Positions 48,787-57,398 of a DNA stretch of 64,000 bases are shown here, piece after piece (the stretch's first letter is position 1; each line of letters opens with the position of its first letter). The notes under the pieces are model-generated. The model was not told the origin of the DNA. It did no database searches and saw only the letters and a program-made list of their open reading frames with translations. Origin of the DNA: a virus; the IMG/VR virus record IMGVR_UViG_3300031344_000005, positions 18,816 to 82,815 of that record. One strand, written 5' to 3'. Position numbers and translations under genes: made by a program.

Positions 48787-48809
48787 GTGGCTAGCAATTT
48801 GCAAGCCAC
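48787..48809. promoter_or_regulatory. Inverted repeat in a 40-bp divergent gap (putative operator)
   Basis: GTGGCT-a-GCAA-t-TTGC-a-AGCCAC. Confidence 0.5.
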
Positions 48810-48817
48810 TTAGCGGC

Positions 48818-49039
48818 ATGAGCAAAACGCAAGGCAAGCCCGAGAAAGTCAATCACTGGTCCCGTTACCCAGAGCAGCTAGCCGGAATTCGCATTTCCAC
48901 CGAGCTTTCCACGGCTATCGAGGCCCGCGCCAAGTCCCGCAAGCTACGCGTTTCGGACTACGTGCGCGCCGTGTTAGAGACTGACTGCGGTCTGGTAGGT
49001 GCGCAATCTGGCGCGCACTTTGACGCGGAAACTGCGTAG
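48818..49039 (+). CDS. Ribbon-helix-helix (CopG/Arc-like) regulator
   Basis: LAGIRISTELSTAIEARAKSRKLRVSDYVRAVLE. Confidence 0.75.
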   Translation: MSKTQGKPEKVNHWSRYPEQLAGIRISTELSTAIEARAKSRKLRVSDYVRAVLETDCGLVGAQSGAHFDAETA

Positions 49040-49132
49040 CGGACTGCGCGCAACTGCGAAGCAAAATGCGCGCTTTTTATGCGCTGTATGCATACGCACC
49101 ACGAAAACGCGCCATCGATTGCGCCGCGAATT

Positions 49133-49149
49133 GCGGCACGCCAAATGCT
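49133..49149 (+). promoter_or_regulatory. Sigma-54 (RpoN)-type promoter
   Basis: GGCACG-CCAA-ATGCT: GG at 49135-49136 and GC at 49147-49148 (GG-N10-GC); GCGC/TGCG-rich motifs upstream. Confidence 0.55.
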
Positions 49150-49161
49150 TTACCAATGCCC

Positions 49162-49530
49162 ATGACGACTTCAACAAAGACCACGACTCGACTCTCCACG
49201 ACGATTGCCGCTCACGCGGCGGCTGCCCACCAGACAATCGCCGAGTACCTGGCCGACGAGGCAATGCGAATCTCGGCCATCCGTCTAGGACGCGCGACCG
49301 AGGCCGCGCTCGCTCTGCCACGCCAGCAGACACGAGCGTGGCTGGCCACGACACATGGCAAAAAAGGCATCCCGGCGCTGCCGGCAATCGAGGATGACGA
49401 TCCCGACACGCTGGACGAGTTGTACTACCCGGCCGAGCTGCCCAACGCGCAGACCGTCGACGGCGAAATGACTGGCCTACACCGAGTGCTCGTGACTGCG
49501 GTTTTTGGCGCAACTACACGGAGGAGCTAA
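49162..49530 (+). CDS. Hypothetical early protein
   Basis: MTTSTKTT start just after the sigma-54-like site. Confidence 0.65.
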   Translation: MTTSTKTTTRLSTTIAAHAAAAHQTIAEYLADEAMRISAIRLGRATEAALALPRQQTRAWLATTHGKKGIPALPAIEDDDPDTLDELYYPAELPNAQTVDGEMTGLHRVLVTAVFGATTRRS

Positions 49531-49533
49531 CCT

Positions 49534-49707
49534 ATGATCGATACCCGAGCCGCCCGTGAGCACGCATGCGACGCTGACTGCGCCGACACCATCGACGAGA
49601 CCAGCACCTGCACAGTCTGTGGCGCCTACCACGGCGACCCGTGCCCGGATTGCGGCGGACGCGGCTATCATTCCGCGGATTGCAACCACGTAGACGAGGA
49701 GACCTGA
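49534..49707 (+). CDS. Small Zn-finger protein (57 aa; not in ORF track)
   Basis: GGAGG RBS; CTVCGAYHGDPCPDCGGRGYH. Confidence 0.65.
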   Translation: MIDTRAAREHACDADCADTIDETSTCTVCGAYHGDPCPDCGGRGYHSADCNHVDEET

Positions 49708-49709
49708 CC

Positions 49710-49934
49710 ATGACGACTAACACATACGAGGCGCTGCGAAAGGCCGAGGAGTTTTTGTTTCAGGCAGCCAGTTGGCTGAAGATAGCCCGCAACGGAAAAT
49801 TGGCCGACGCTCGTGCAGCCTGCGACAAACGCGGCGAGAACGCAATCAACGCGCATGCCTCCGCGCTGCTCTGCAGTCGTGCTCTGATACGCGCCGAGGC
49901 CCTAGTGCTCGAAGCGCGCGAGATAATCGCCTAG
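49710..49934 (+). CDS. Hypothetical protein
   Basis: GAGGAG RBS, MTTNTYEALRK. Confidence 0.6.
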   Translation: MTTNTYEALRKAEEFLFQAASWLKIARNGKLADARAACDKRGENAINAHASALLCSRALIRAEALVLEAREIIA

Positions 49935-49945
49935 GAGGATTGACC

Positions 49946-50422
49946 ATGCTGCCCCAAATCCTACTCGCCGCAATCCTGGCCCAGGACGCTGGCCGCTTGA
50001 CCACTGCAGATTTCCTCGAATCGGCCGAACGGCTCGACCACGCGGCGACGATGGCCGGCGCGCTTGAGGCAGATTTTGAGGTCGAGACGGCGGCTGACGC
50101 TGTACTGGCCACACCACAGGGCCAAGCGCTCGTACTGTCCACACTGCTCTGCGAGGCCCGGCAGACTCAGGACGACCTAGCCGACCTACTGGCGCGCGGG
50201 GGCGAACGCGGCTACGTGTCCCGCCAGATGCGGATTGCGGCCGCGCGCGAACAGCGGGCCCGGCTGGGGTTGTCGATGGGTCTGGCGCCGCTGGCCTGCG
50301 ACGATGCGGCGGTGGTGGCACTGCTACAGTGCCTGTCAATCTACGCGCCGGCCGAGTGCGCGACTGATAACGGGCTGGCCACCCAGGTGCGAGCGGCCAC
50401 GCGACTGACGGAGACGCCTTGA
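49946..50422 (+). CDS. Hypothetical protein, possibly exported
   Basis: AGGAGG RBS; MLPQILLAAILAQ. Confidence 0.6.
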   Translation: MLPQILLAAILAQDAGRLTTADFLESAERLDHAATMAGALEADFEVETAADAVLATPQGQALVLSTLLCEARQTQDDLADLLARGGERGYVSRQMRIAAAREQRARLGLSMGLAPLACDDAAVVALLQCLSIYAPAECATDNGLATQVRAATRLTETP

Positions 50423-50532
50423 TGGATACCAAGCGCTTCTGGCCCTGGTTCGTCGTCCCACCCATGTGGCCGGTGCTCGCGGTGTTGTTGGCGACCTATG
50501 CGGTGGCGACACTCGTGGAATGGCAAAGGTAG
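50422..50532 (+). CDS. Small membrane peptide (36 aa)
   Basis: TGATG-coupled; MDTKRFWPWFVVPPMWPVLAVLLATYAVATLVEWQR. Confidence 0.45.
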   Translation: MDTKRFWPWFVVPPMWPVLAVLLATYAVATLVEWQR

Positions 50533-50534
50533 TC

Positions 50535-50858
50535 ATGCACACCATCCCGCGCTTTTGCGTCTTGTGCGGCAACCACGTGGCCGGCATGTGGCGGCTGCCC
50601 CGCGACGAGGATTGGAACGTGGCGCGCGTCCTGCTCCTGTGCTCCGAGTGCGCGGCGAACGAGGGCGCGTACTGCGTGCATGTCGACGGGATGGACGACT
50701 GCGAGCCATCGCGGCCGTTTGTCGACGTGGCGGATTTGCCTGCGCTCGTCGCGGCTGGCGTCTGCTGGTGCGTGCCTAATGTGCTGGTGCCGTGGTGCCC
50801 GGCTCATGGGTGCAATTTGGCAGACGAGCGAATGGTGCAAGACGAAATGGAGGAATGA
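50535..50858 (+). CDS. Cys-rich hypothetical protein
   Basis: CVLCG...LCSEC...CWC...CPAHG. Confidence 0.55.
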   Translation: MHTIPRFCVLCGNHVAGMWRLPRDEDWNVARVLLLCSECAANEGAYCVHVDGMDDCEPSRPFVDVADLPALVAAGVCWCVPNVLVPWCPAHGCNLADERMVQDEMEE

Positions 50859-51355
50859 CCACAATGAAACACATTGTATACGTACTGGACAAGCCACTGA
50901 ACGAGACCTGGACCAAAGAGGAAATCTCCCGTCTGGCCGAGGAGAAGGCGCGCAAGCGGGCCGCCGACTTGGCCGCTCTCCTGGACACGGCCCCGGAGCA
51001 CATGAGCCTCAAGAATGAGGCTGCATGGAAGAAATACGTAGAGGTGAACAAGACCGACAGTTACAGCAACGGCGTCATTGTGTTTGCGAAGTTGTGGGCG
51101 CGTCTCATGGAAGCCAACATCGCGGCCGGGAAGACCATCGAGGACTGTGCCGACGAATGCAGCCACCTTGCCGACACGGACGGGATCACGGGGTTCATGT
51201 ACGGATGCGCGGTTTCCATCCTGGCGCAAGTTTGGCTTCATGGCGAAATTCTACGGCGATGGCACAACAAGAAAACGCAGATAGGGACTGAAGGCGACAA
51301 GGCCAACGAGACCGGCGGCGTTCTTAACCCAGCGTTGCTGTCGATAAGAGCTTGA
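50855..51355 (+). CDS. Conserved phage hypothetical protein
   Basis: GITGFMYGCAVSILAQVWLHGE.LRRWHN...GGVLNPALL pattern recalled from phage proteins. Confidence 0.75.
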   Translation: MTTMKHIVYVLDKPLNETWTKEEISRLAEEKARKRAADLAALLDTAPEHMSLKNEAAWKKYVEVNKTDSYSNGVIVFAKLWARLMEANIAAGKTIEDCADECSHLADTDGITGFMYGCAVSILAQVWLHGEILRRWHNKKTQIGTEGDKANETGGVLNPALLSIRA

Positions 51356-51555
51356 CCACAATGACCACCGCCGACCGCAACCGCCTTCTCGTCAGACTGC
51401 GTGTGCTAATCTACGAGGCCGAGGACCACGTGCGCGACCTGGAACATCAAATCGCACACCAGGAAACAAAGGCGGCAAACGTGCTGCTGTCGGGCTGGAA
51501 GGAAGTGGCGCAGGTGTGGAGAGAGCGGAAGGCGAAAGTCGAGGATGGGCAATGA
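51352..51555 (+). CDS. Hypothetical coiled-coil protein
   Basis: Coupled gene, 67 aa. Confidence 0.55.
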   Translation: MTTMTTADRNRLLVRLRVLIYEAEDHVRDLEHQIAHQETKAANVLLSGWKEVAQVWRERKAKVEDGQ

Positions 51556-51776
51556 GCGCCTGGGTGTGGCGTTGCTACCTATCCGCTTACCTTCGACGCT
51601 TGTGGTATCGAGGCTCGACGCAGGCGTGCACTTGCCCAGGCTGCCCGGAAATCATCCCGCGTTGGTGGGCCAATGGAATGTGCCGAGACTGCTCGTGCGA
51701 AGATTGCGAACACGATAGCGAAGACACCCAGCGCCAGCGGGACGAATGGATGCAATACGAAAGGGACACACGATGA
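51552..51776 (+). CDS. Cys-rich hypothetical protein
   Basis: ATGA-coupled; CPGC..MCRDC. Confidence 0.5.
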   Translation: MSAWVWRCYLSAYLRRLWYRGSTQACTCPGCPEIIPRWWANGMCRDCSCEDCEHDSEDTQRQRDEWMQYERDTR

Positions 51777-51961
51777 TCCGCGCACACGAATGCTTCCGCT
51801 GTGGCCATCGTTGTGAATGTAAATCAGGCAATCGCGGCGGTGACTGCGATGGCTGCGGACGGTGCGACAGACGCGCTTTTGTTGATTCTTGGCCCGGCGT
51901 GACAATCGCTGCCATCCTGCTGGGGGAGATTGTAGCGATGGCGTGGTGCTGGCTCGGGTAG
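51773..51961 (+). CDS. Cys-rich protein with C-terminal TM helix
   Basis: CFRCGHRCEC..CDGCGRC then a hydrophobic helix. Confidence 0.5.
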   Translation: MIRAHECFRCGHRCECKSGNRGGDCDGCGRCDRRAFVDSWPGVTIAAILLGEIVAMAWCWLG

Positions 51962-52022
51962 CCGCGCGACGGGCGGACGAATTCTCTTGATTTCATTTTG
52001 TGGGAATTGTAGAAAGGACGAC

Positions 52023-52253
52023 ATGGGCAAGGTGAACAAGGGACTGATTTACGAGATGCGCGCCAAGGGATTCGTGACCATAGTGGAGGCAGCCAGGATT
52101 GTGCGGCGGTCGAAATGGACTGTCTACTACTGGGCTGAGCATATACTCGGATTGCCGGACGTGAGGCGCCTTGGCAAATCGTGGTTTGTGTGCAAGGTCG
52201 CGGTGCAGATGTTGGCCCATGGGCGTAGGGCTGGGGGTGGAGGGCGGCCATGA
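52023..52253 (+). CDS. Excisionase/MerR-like winged-HTH protein
   Basis: AAAGGA RBS; FVTIVEAARIVRRSKWTVYYW..RRLGKSWFV. Confidence 0.7.
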   Translation: MGKVNKGLIYEMRAKGFVTIVEAARIVRRSKWTVYYWAEHILGLPDVRRLGKSWFVCKVAVQMLAHGRRAGGGGRP

Positions 52254-52480
52254 ACCGCAAAATGACGATAGCGTGGCACGAGGAGCGGCTTAGGAAGCGT
52301 CGCTTGAGCCTGGCCAATGAACGCAACAGAGTCAACGCTATGCTGGAGGCCGTTCTCCGCTCAGAAGAAGAGGCTGATAGCTTAGCGGCTAGAATAGCGT
52401 GCGCAAAAGCGAAGGGTCTTACCGGGTTTGACCCTGATCGCTTTGGAATTTCACGTAAGGCAGGGGGGGGGAAGCCATGA
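52250..52480 (+). CDS. Hypothetical coiled-coil protein
   Basis: WHEERL..AKAKGLTGFDPDRF. Confidence 0.65.
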   Translation: MNRKMTIAWHEERLRKRRLSLANERNRVNAMLEAVLRSEEEADSLAARIACAKAKGLTGFDPDRFGISRKAGGGKP

Positions 52481-52689
52481 CCGCCAAACAAGCCGCCGCA
52501 GCCGCTCGGGCCAAGAAGCTCGAAGCCGAGACGATTGAGCGCATGGCGGCCACGTATCGGCAGTATGTCTATGCCTGTCGCGGGGAAGTGCCGCTGGGCA
52601 ACTATTACGACGCCAGCGAGGAGGCCAAGGAGACCTGGCGAGAGCAGGCCGAAGAGGCGGCGAAGACGGGCGGGCTGGTTAAACAATGA
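52477..52689 (+). CDS. Hypothetical protein
   Basis: ATGA-coupled, 70 aa. Confidence 0.6.
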   Translation: MTAKQAAAAARAKKLEAETIERMAATYRQYVYACRGEVPLGNYYDASEEAKETWREQAEEAAKTGGLVKQ

Positions 52690-52889
52690 AGACCTGCGGG
52701 CAGTGCAAAAACTGGGGTAAGTGGCGGCCCATGTATTGCGGAGCAAACGCGCCAGCGTGGGCCGACAACCACTACACCAGTAGTTTCCGCTGGTGCGCCA
52801 GCGACAACGAACAGGCAGATGGTTGCGATTGCTTCGTTCGGCGCGAGCCCAAGCCCACGACTGAACCAAACAAGGAGACCGACCGATGA
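52686..52889 (+). CDS. Small Cys-rich protein
   Basis: MKTCGQCKNW...CDCF. Confidence 0.6.
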   Translation: MKTCGQCKNWGKWRPMYCGANAPAWADNHYTSSFRWCASDNEQADGCDCFVRREPKPTTEPNKETDR

Positions 52890-54148
52890 AGATCGTTGAA
52901 TTGCACGCAGAAAACGTCAAACGGTTGCGAGTTGTCGACATCACGCCAAAGAGCAATGTCGTCATCGTGGGCGGCAAGAATGGCGCCGGCAAGTCCACGG
53001 TGCTGGACTGCATCCGCATGGCATTCAGCGGAGCCAAAGGCGTGGACGCGGTCCCGGTGCGAACCGGCCAGACTGCCGCCAAGATCATCGTCGACACCGG
53101 CGAGCTGAAGATCGAACGTCGATTCTCTACCGCAACCGGGACGCAGCTCATCGTCACGGGAGCGGACGGCAAGCGCATTGCGAGCCCTCAGACCGTGCTG
53201 GACAAGCTATACTCGTCGGTGGCGTTCGACCCCTTGGAATTCGCACGGGCGAAGCCGGCCGAACAGGCGGCTACGTTGCGTCGGATCGTGGGCCTGGATT
53301 TTTCCGCGCTGGATGCAGAGCGGGCGCGTATCTACCAGGAGCGCGAAGCGTGCGGAAGGTTGGGGACGCAGGCGAAGGCGCGGCTTGCCGCCATGCCGGA
53401 ACCGGCGGCGGACGTTCCAGCAGAAGAGGTCAGCGTCGCGGATCTGATGGCCGAGAAGGAAAAGGGTGACCAGATCAATTTGGTCCACGCACAGGTACGG
53501 CGGCAACACGAGAGAGACGCGGAGACAGTTGAAGCAAAGGCTAGAATTGTGGAGCGAAAACGTCAGGAACTGACCGAAGCCGAGGACCACTTAGCGTTTG
53601 CGAAAGCCGTTGAAGCCACTGCTCAGAAGGTTGTGGATGCTCTTGATGATGACATCGACACCGCTCCCCTCGTCGAGAAGATCAAGGGTGCCGCGACCGT
53701 CAACCGAGCCATCCAGGAGAAGGCTGCACGGGCTCGCGAGGCCACGCAGTATGATGCGCTTCGGACCCAATACGCCAGCGCCACCAAGGCAATCGAGGCC
53801 ATCGACGCCGAGAAGGAAAGCAAGCTCACGTCTGCCAAGTGGCCAATCGAGGGGCTCGGCTTCTCGCCCAACGGCGTGACCTACAGGGGTCTGCCCTTTG
53901 AGCAGGCGAGCGAGTCGGAGCGCGTGCGGGTCAGCGTGTCCATTGGGTGCGCGCAGAACCCGGAGCTGAAAGTCATGCTCATCAAAGAGGGCTGCCAGCT
54001 CGATGACGACAGCATGGCGGAGGTGTGCCGGATGGCAGGGGAGAAAGATGCGATGGTCTGGATTGAAAGAGTTGGGACGAAAGACCAGGGCGCCGTCATC
54101 CTCGAAGACGGCGAAGTGAAGCCAGACGACAACAAGGGAGGGGAATGA
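52886..54148 (+). CDS. SMC/Rad50-like ATPase (phage AAA_23 type)
   Basis: LHAENVKRL, Walker A GKNGAGKST, long coiled coil, QASESE signature, MLIKEG..LD Walker B variant. Confidence 0.88.
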   Translation: MKIVELHAENVKRLRVVDITPKSNVVIVGGKNGAGKSTVLDCIRMAFSGAKGVDAVPVRTGQTAAKIIVDTGELKIERRFSTATGTQLIVTGADGKRIASPQTVLDKLYSSVAFDPLEFARAKPAEQAATLRRIVGLDFSALDAERARIYQEREACGRLGTQAKARLAAMPEPAADVPAEEVSVADLMAEKEKGDQINLVHAQVRRQHERDAETVEAKARIVERKRQELTEAEDHLAFAKAVEATAQKVVDALDDDIDTAPLVEKIKGAATVNRAIQEKAARAREATQYDALRTQYASATKAIEAIDAEKESKLTSAKWPIEGLGFSPNGVTYRGLPFEQASESERVRVSVSIGCAQNPELKVMLIKEGCQLDDDSMAEVCRMAGEKDAMVWIERVGTKDQGAVILEDGEVKPDDNKGGE

Positions 54149-54151
54149 CCA

Positions 54152-55093
54152 ATGGATGTTCGGCTCACAAAATACGATTCCCGCGAAGAGTGGCTGGCGT
54201 CGCGCACCTCAACTATCGGCGCGTCTGAATCTGCGGCGCTGCTGGGGCTGGCCCCCGATGGCCGCGAGTCCGAGTTCTCATTGTGGACAAAGAAGACCGG
54301 GCTTGTGCCTCCCGAGGAACTCGACGGCGAATGGCTGGAATGGGGCCAGATCCTCGAAGATCCTATTGCCCAGCGGTACGCGAAGCGCACGGGCAACGTG
54401 CTCTGGACGCCGCCTACCCCATGGTGTGTGGCGGTCCATCCGCGTTTCCCCTTCCTGACTGCGACGGTCGACCGCTGGATCATCGAGGCAACTGGTCACG
54501 AAGACCGCGGCGACCTGGAGATCAAGAACGTCGGCGCCTTCAATTCAGACTGGCGCGACGGCAAGGACGTCTCGCTTCCCTTGTACGTACAAGCCCAAGT
54601 TCAGCACCAGCTCGCTGTCACGGGTTTCGGCTGGGCGGTCGTAGCGGCGCTCATCGGCGGGAATAGCCTCAAGACAATCGAGGTCGCGCGCAATCAGGAG
54701 TTCATCGACGAATTGGAAGCCAAGGCGGTTGAATTCTGGGACCGGGTACAGCGGAAGGAAGCGCCGGCAATTGATGGCAGCGTGGCTAGTAATAACGCCG
54801 TCAAAGTTCTCCACATGGACGATTCGGGCGAGACGGTCGACCTGGACGAGGATGCCCGCAGCCTTGCCGACGGGTGGGAGGAAGCGAAGGAGGATGAGAA
54901 GACTGCCAAGGCGCACGCACTGGAAGCCGACAACAAGCTTCGGGCCATGCTCGGGAAGGCAACGTTTGGCAAGCTTCCAGACGGGCGGATCGTCAGTCTC
55001 AAGACCACCGAGCGCAAGGGCTACACGTCGGTAGTGGAGCCCACAAAATTCAGAACCCTCAAGATCATCGAACCGAAAGGAAAGAAGACATGA
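54152..55093 (+). CDS. YqaJ-like (lambda Exo family) recombination exonuclease
   Basis: EEWLASR..IGASE, WGQILED, ATVD, LEIK, YVQAQVQHQLAVTG. Confidence 0.92.
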   Translation: MDVRLTKYDSREEWLASRTSTIGASESAALLGLAPDGRESEFSLWTKKTGLVPPEELDGEWLEWGQILEDPIAQRYAKRTGNVLWTPPTPWCVAVHPRFPFLTATVDRWIIEATGHEDRGDLEIKNVGAFNSDWRDGKDVSLPLYVQAQVQHQLAVTGFGWAVVAALIGGNSLKTIEVARNQEFIDELEAKAVEFWDRVQRKEAPAIDGSVASNNAVKVLHMDDSGETVDLDEDARSLADGWEEAKEDEKTAKAHALEADNKLRAMLGKATFGKLPDGRIVSLKTTERKGYTSVVEPTKFRTLKIIEPKGKKT

Positions 55094-56073
55094 CCGACAA
55101 GACCGAAATGGTGCGCGTCCCGAACGCGGGCGAGATTGCAAGGCAGGAATTCGGAGCTTCAGGGCTCGAACACCGGGCAGAGACCGCCAGCACGGCCCTC
55201 GCCGAACAGGCAAAGGCGGCAGTGCAGGCCCGCTACGTCATGGCGCTGCAGCGCCCGCGCGACCTATTCCAGGTGCGCGAGAAGCTGCTGGCCGACTGCA
55301 AGCGCCCATTGTTCGCCGAGAAGGCGATCTACAACAAGCCCATCGGCAAGGGCGTCGAGGGGCCGTCCATCCGCATGGCAGAAGCCGCCAGTCGGGCCAT
55401 GACCAACGTGTTCACCGACGTGTTTGCCATCTACGACGATTCAAGCAAGCGCATCGTGCGCGTGTGTGCCAGCGACCTGGAGGCGAATGTCACGTACACC
55501 AAGGACGTCACGGTCAACAAGACCATCGAACGCCGGGCGCAGTTGGAAGGCCGCAAGATACTTAGCCAGCGGATCAACTCCAAGGGCGACACCACCTACA
55601 CATTCGAGGCGACCGACGACGAAATCCTCGACCGCGAGAACGCACTAGCGTCCAAGGCGATGCGGACTTGCCTGCTGCGCCTCGTGCCGGGCGACATCCT
55701 TGAGGAGGCAATCGCGGCCTGCTACGCCACCATGGAGAACAAAGACGCAGCCGACCCAGCGGCGGCACGCAAGGGGATGTGTGATGCGTTCGCAGACATG
55801 GGCGTCCCAGTCGCAGCGCTCGTCGAATACCTCGGGCACACCATCGAACTGACGACTGCGGCCGAGATGAAGACGCTGCGCGGGCTATTCAACGCCCTCA
55901 AGGACGGCGAGACCACGTGGGCGCAGGCCATCGAAGCGAAAGGGAACAAGCCGGCCGAGAAGACGCCAGCGCCAGAGGTCAAGACTGGCGCGAAACCGCA
56001 GACACTTGGAGACGCGGCGGCAGCATCGAAGGCCAAGCGCGAGGGCAAGCCTGAACCCGGCTCGGCCGGCTGA
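55090..56073 (+). CDS. Putative single-strand annealing protein
   Basis: Coupled to YqaJ; VQARYVMALQRPRD, GPSIRMAE, ASKAMRTCLL. Confidence 0.65.
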   Translation: MTDKTEMVRVPNAGEIARQEFGASGLEHRAETASTALAEQAKAAVQARYVMALQRPRDLFQVREKLLADCKRPLFAEKAIYNKPIGKGVEGPSIRMAEAASRAMTNVFTDVFAIYDDSSKRIVRVCASDLEANVTYTKDVTVNKTIERRAQLEGRKILSQRINSKGDTTYTFEATDDEILDRENALASKAMRTCLLRLVPGDILEEAIAACYATMENKDAADPAAARKGMCDAFADMGVPVAALVEYLGHTIELTTAAEMKTLRGLFNALKDGETTWAQAIEAKGNKPAEKTPAPEVKTGAKPQTLGDAAAASKAKREGKPEPGSAG

Positions 56074-56122
56074 CTTTGAAGCCGTCCCGGCGGCGCTAGC
56101 CTTGGCGGCAGCAATCCGGGAA

Positions 56123-56152
56123 GGCGCCGGCATGGTGTCGGCGCCAACTTTT
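56123..56152 (+). terminator. Possible intrinsic terminator
   Basis: GGCGCCGGCA-tgg-TGTCGGCGCC followed by AACTTTT. Confidence 0.4.
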
Positions 56153-56257
56153 CAGAGGAGCAACCAACAACTCGCCGCGTCTCGTGTTTGAACTGCCCGC
56201 CGGAGTAGCGGCGCCAGAACCGGACGGGCGGCACTGGTGGCAAGAAAGGGAACGAAC

Positions 56258-56671
56258 ATGAGCAACGAAGTCTTCTACGATTCACCCGAGGCGGCCCAAC
56301 AGGTGACGGTCACGTGCTGGAAATCCAGAACCGGCGCGCTGTTCGATTCCGAAGAGACCGCTCGCAACGACGGGGCCACGCACCGAAAATGCGAGAGCTG
56401 TAAGTCAGCCATAGCCAAGACGCAATTCTACTGCGAGGGATGCCAGAAGCGTCAAGCGGTCGAGAGGCAGTTGGCGCGTGATTCCGCTATCAGGGAGCTA
56501 AGAGTCGCTGATGTATCACTCGCCACCGCGCGGGCGGAGTGGTTGCGCGACCCACAGTCACAGTTTCCGCCAAACCCGGCACAATACGCGGCGGCTGCCC
56601 TTGAAGCCATCATCGCGGCCGACTGTACCGCGCCCGACAAGGCTTGCCCGCGCTGTGGCAACCGACACTAG
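56258..56671 (+). CDS. Zn-finger hypothetical protein
   Basis: WKSRTG..E.AR.DGATHRKCESC..YCEGC. Confidence 0.7.
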   Translation: MSNEVFYDSPEAAQQVTVTCWKSRTGALFDSEETARNDGATHRKCESCKSAIAKTQFYCEGCQKRQAVERQLARDSAIRELRVADVSLATARAEWLRDPQSQFPPNPAQYAAAALEAIIAADCTAPDKACPRCGNRH

Positions 56672-56682
56672 GAGACAAGCAC

Positions 56683-57198
56683 ATGAGCGAGCCTACGGTA
56701 ATTCAGAAGCGAGCCATTGACGTTACCCCTCACAACCATGCCTTGTGGTGTTCGGTTGAGGGGCTCAACAAGGGAGAGCCGTTCGCCAACACCATCGAGT
56801 TTCGGGATTGGGGAGAGGATGATAGCTACATCATTTTCGGGATCGACACTCACAACGGATTCAGCGCGGATCCCAACGAATTTATGAGCGTCGTCGAAGT
56901 GGATCCAGGTGTCTCGGCTGTTTTGCTCGCCGAGTGGCTCAAGACCGACGCCGACAGGATGGCGAAGCGCCCGGTGCCGACCGTAGCGTGTCCGCACTGT
57001 GGAGGTGCCAAAATGAGCAATCCAACACAGGATGAAATAGACGCCGTCAAGCCAGCCATCATCACGGCGATCCAGGAGTGTGCCAATCTCGATGACCACT
57101 GGGGAGGCGTTGCCCGCGCGGCCATCGTCGCCCTCGACAGGGTCCGCGGGCTCGACGACAAGACGCCGGTGGTCCAGACCGACCGAAGGAAGCTATGA
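56683..57198 (+). CDS. Hypothetical protein (possible fusion; internal RBS and ATG at 57013)
   Basis: AGGAG RBS; GGAGG before the in-frame MSNPTQDE. Confidence 0.6.
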   Translation: MSEPTVIQKRAIDVTPHNHALWCSVEGLNKGEPFANTIEFRDWGEDDSYIIFGIDTHNGFSADPNEFMSVVEVDPGVSAVLLAEWLKTDADRMAKRPVPTVACPHCGGAKMSNPTQDEIDAVKPAIITAIQECANLDDHWGGVARAAIVALDRVRGLDDKTPVVQTDRRKL

Positions 57199-57398
57199 GG
57201 TTCCATCGCACTACCTGCGCGGCCTGCGGCGCCGCATGCACCGACCACCTGACTGTCAATCGCGATGGCCCTGGGCTCGGGCCGGCGGTTGCGGTCTGCG
57301 AGACGTGCGCGCCATGCGGGCAGCCGGTGGAGGTGTTGTGGGAGGCGATGCGCCGGGCGAGCGCCCAGCGGGAACTGTTCGAGCCGGGGGAAACATGA
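57195..57398 (+). CDS. Small Zn-finger protein
   Basis: CAACG...VCETC. Confidence 0.6.
   Translation: MRFHRTTCAACGAACTDHLTVNRDGPGLGPAVAVCETCAPCGQPVEVLWEAMRRASAQRELFEPGET

Noticed and set aside
51652-53178. 508-aa minus-strand ORF
   Set aside because: Antisense to a run of coupled plus-strand genes with good RBSs.
52886-54148. SMC-based defence system (Wadjet/Lamassu)
   Set aside because: No partner genes; it sits in the usual phage ATPase-YqaJ-annealing protein recombination module.
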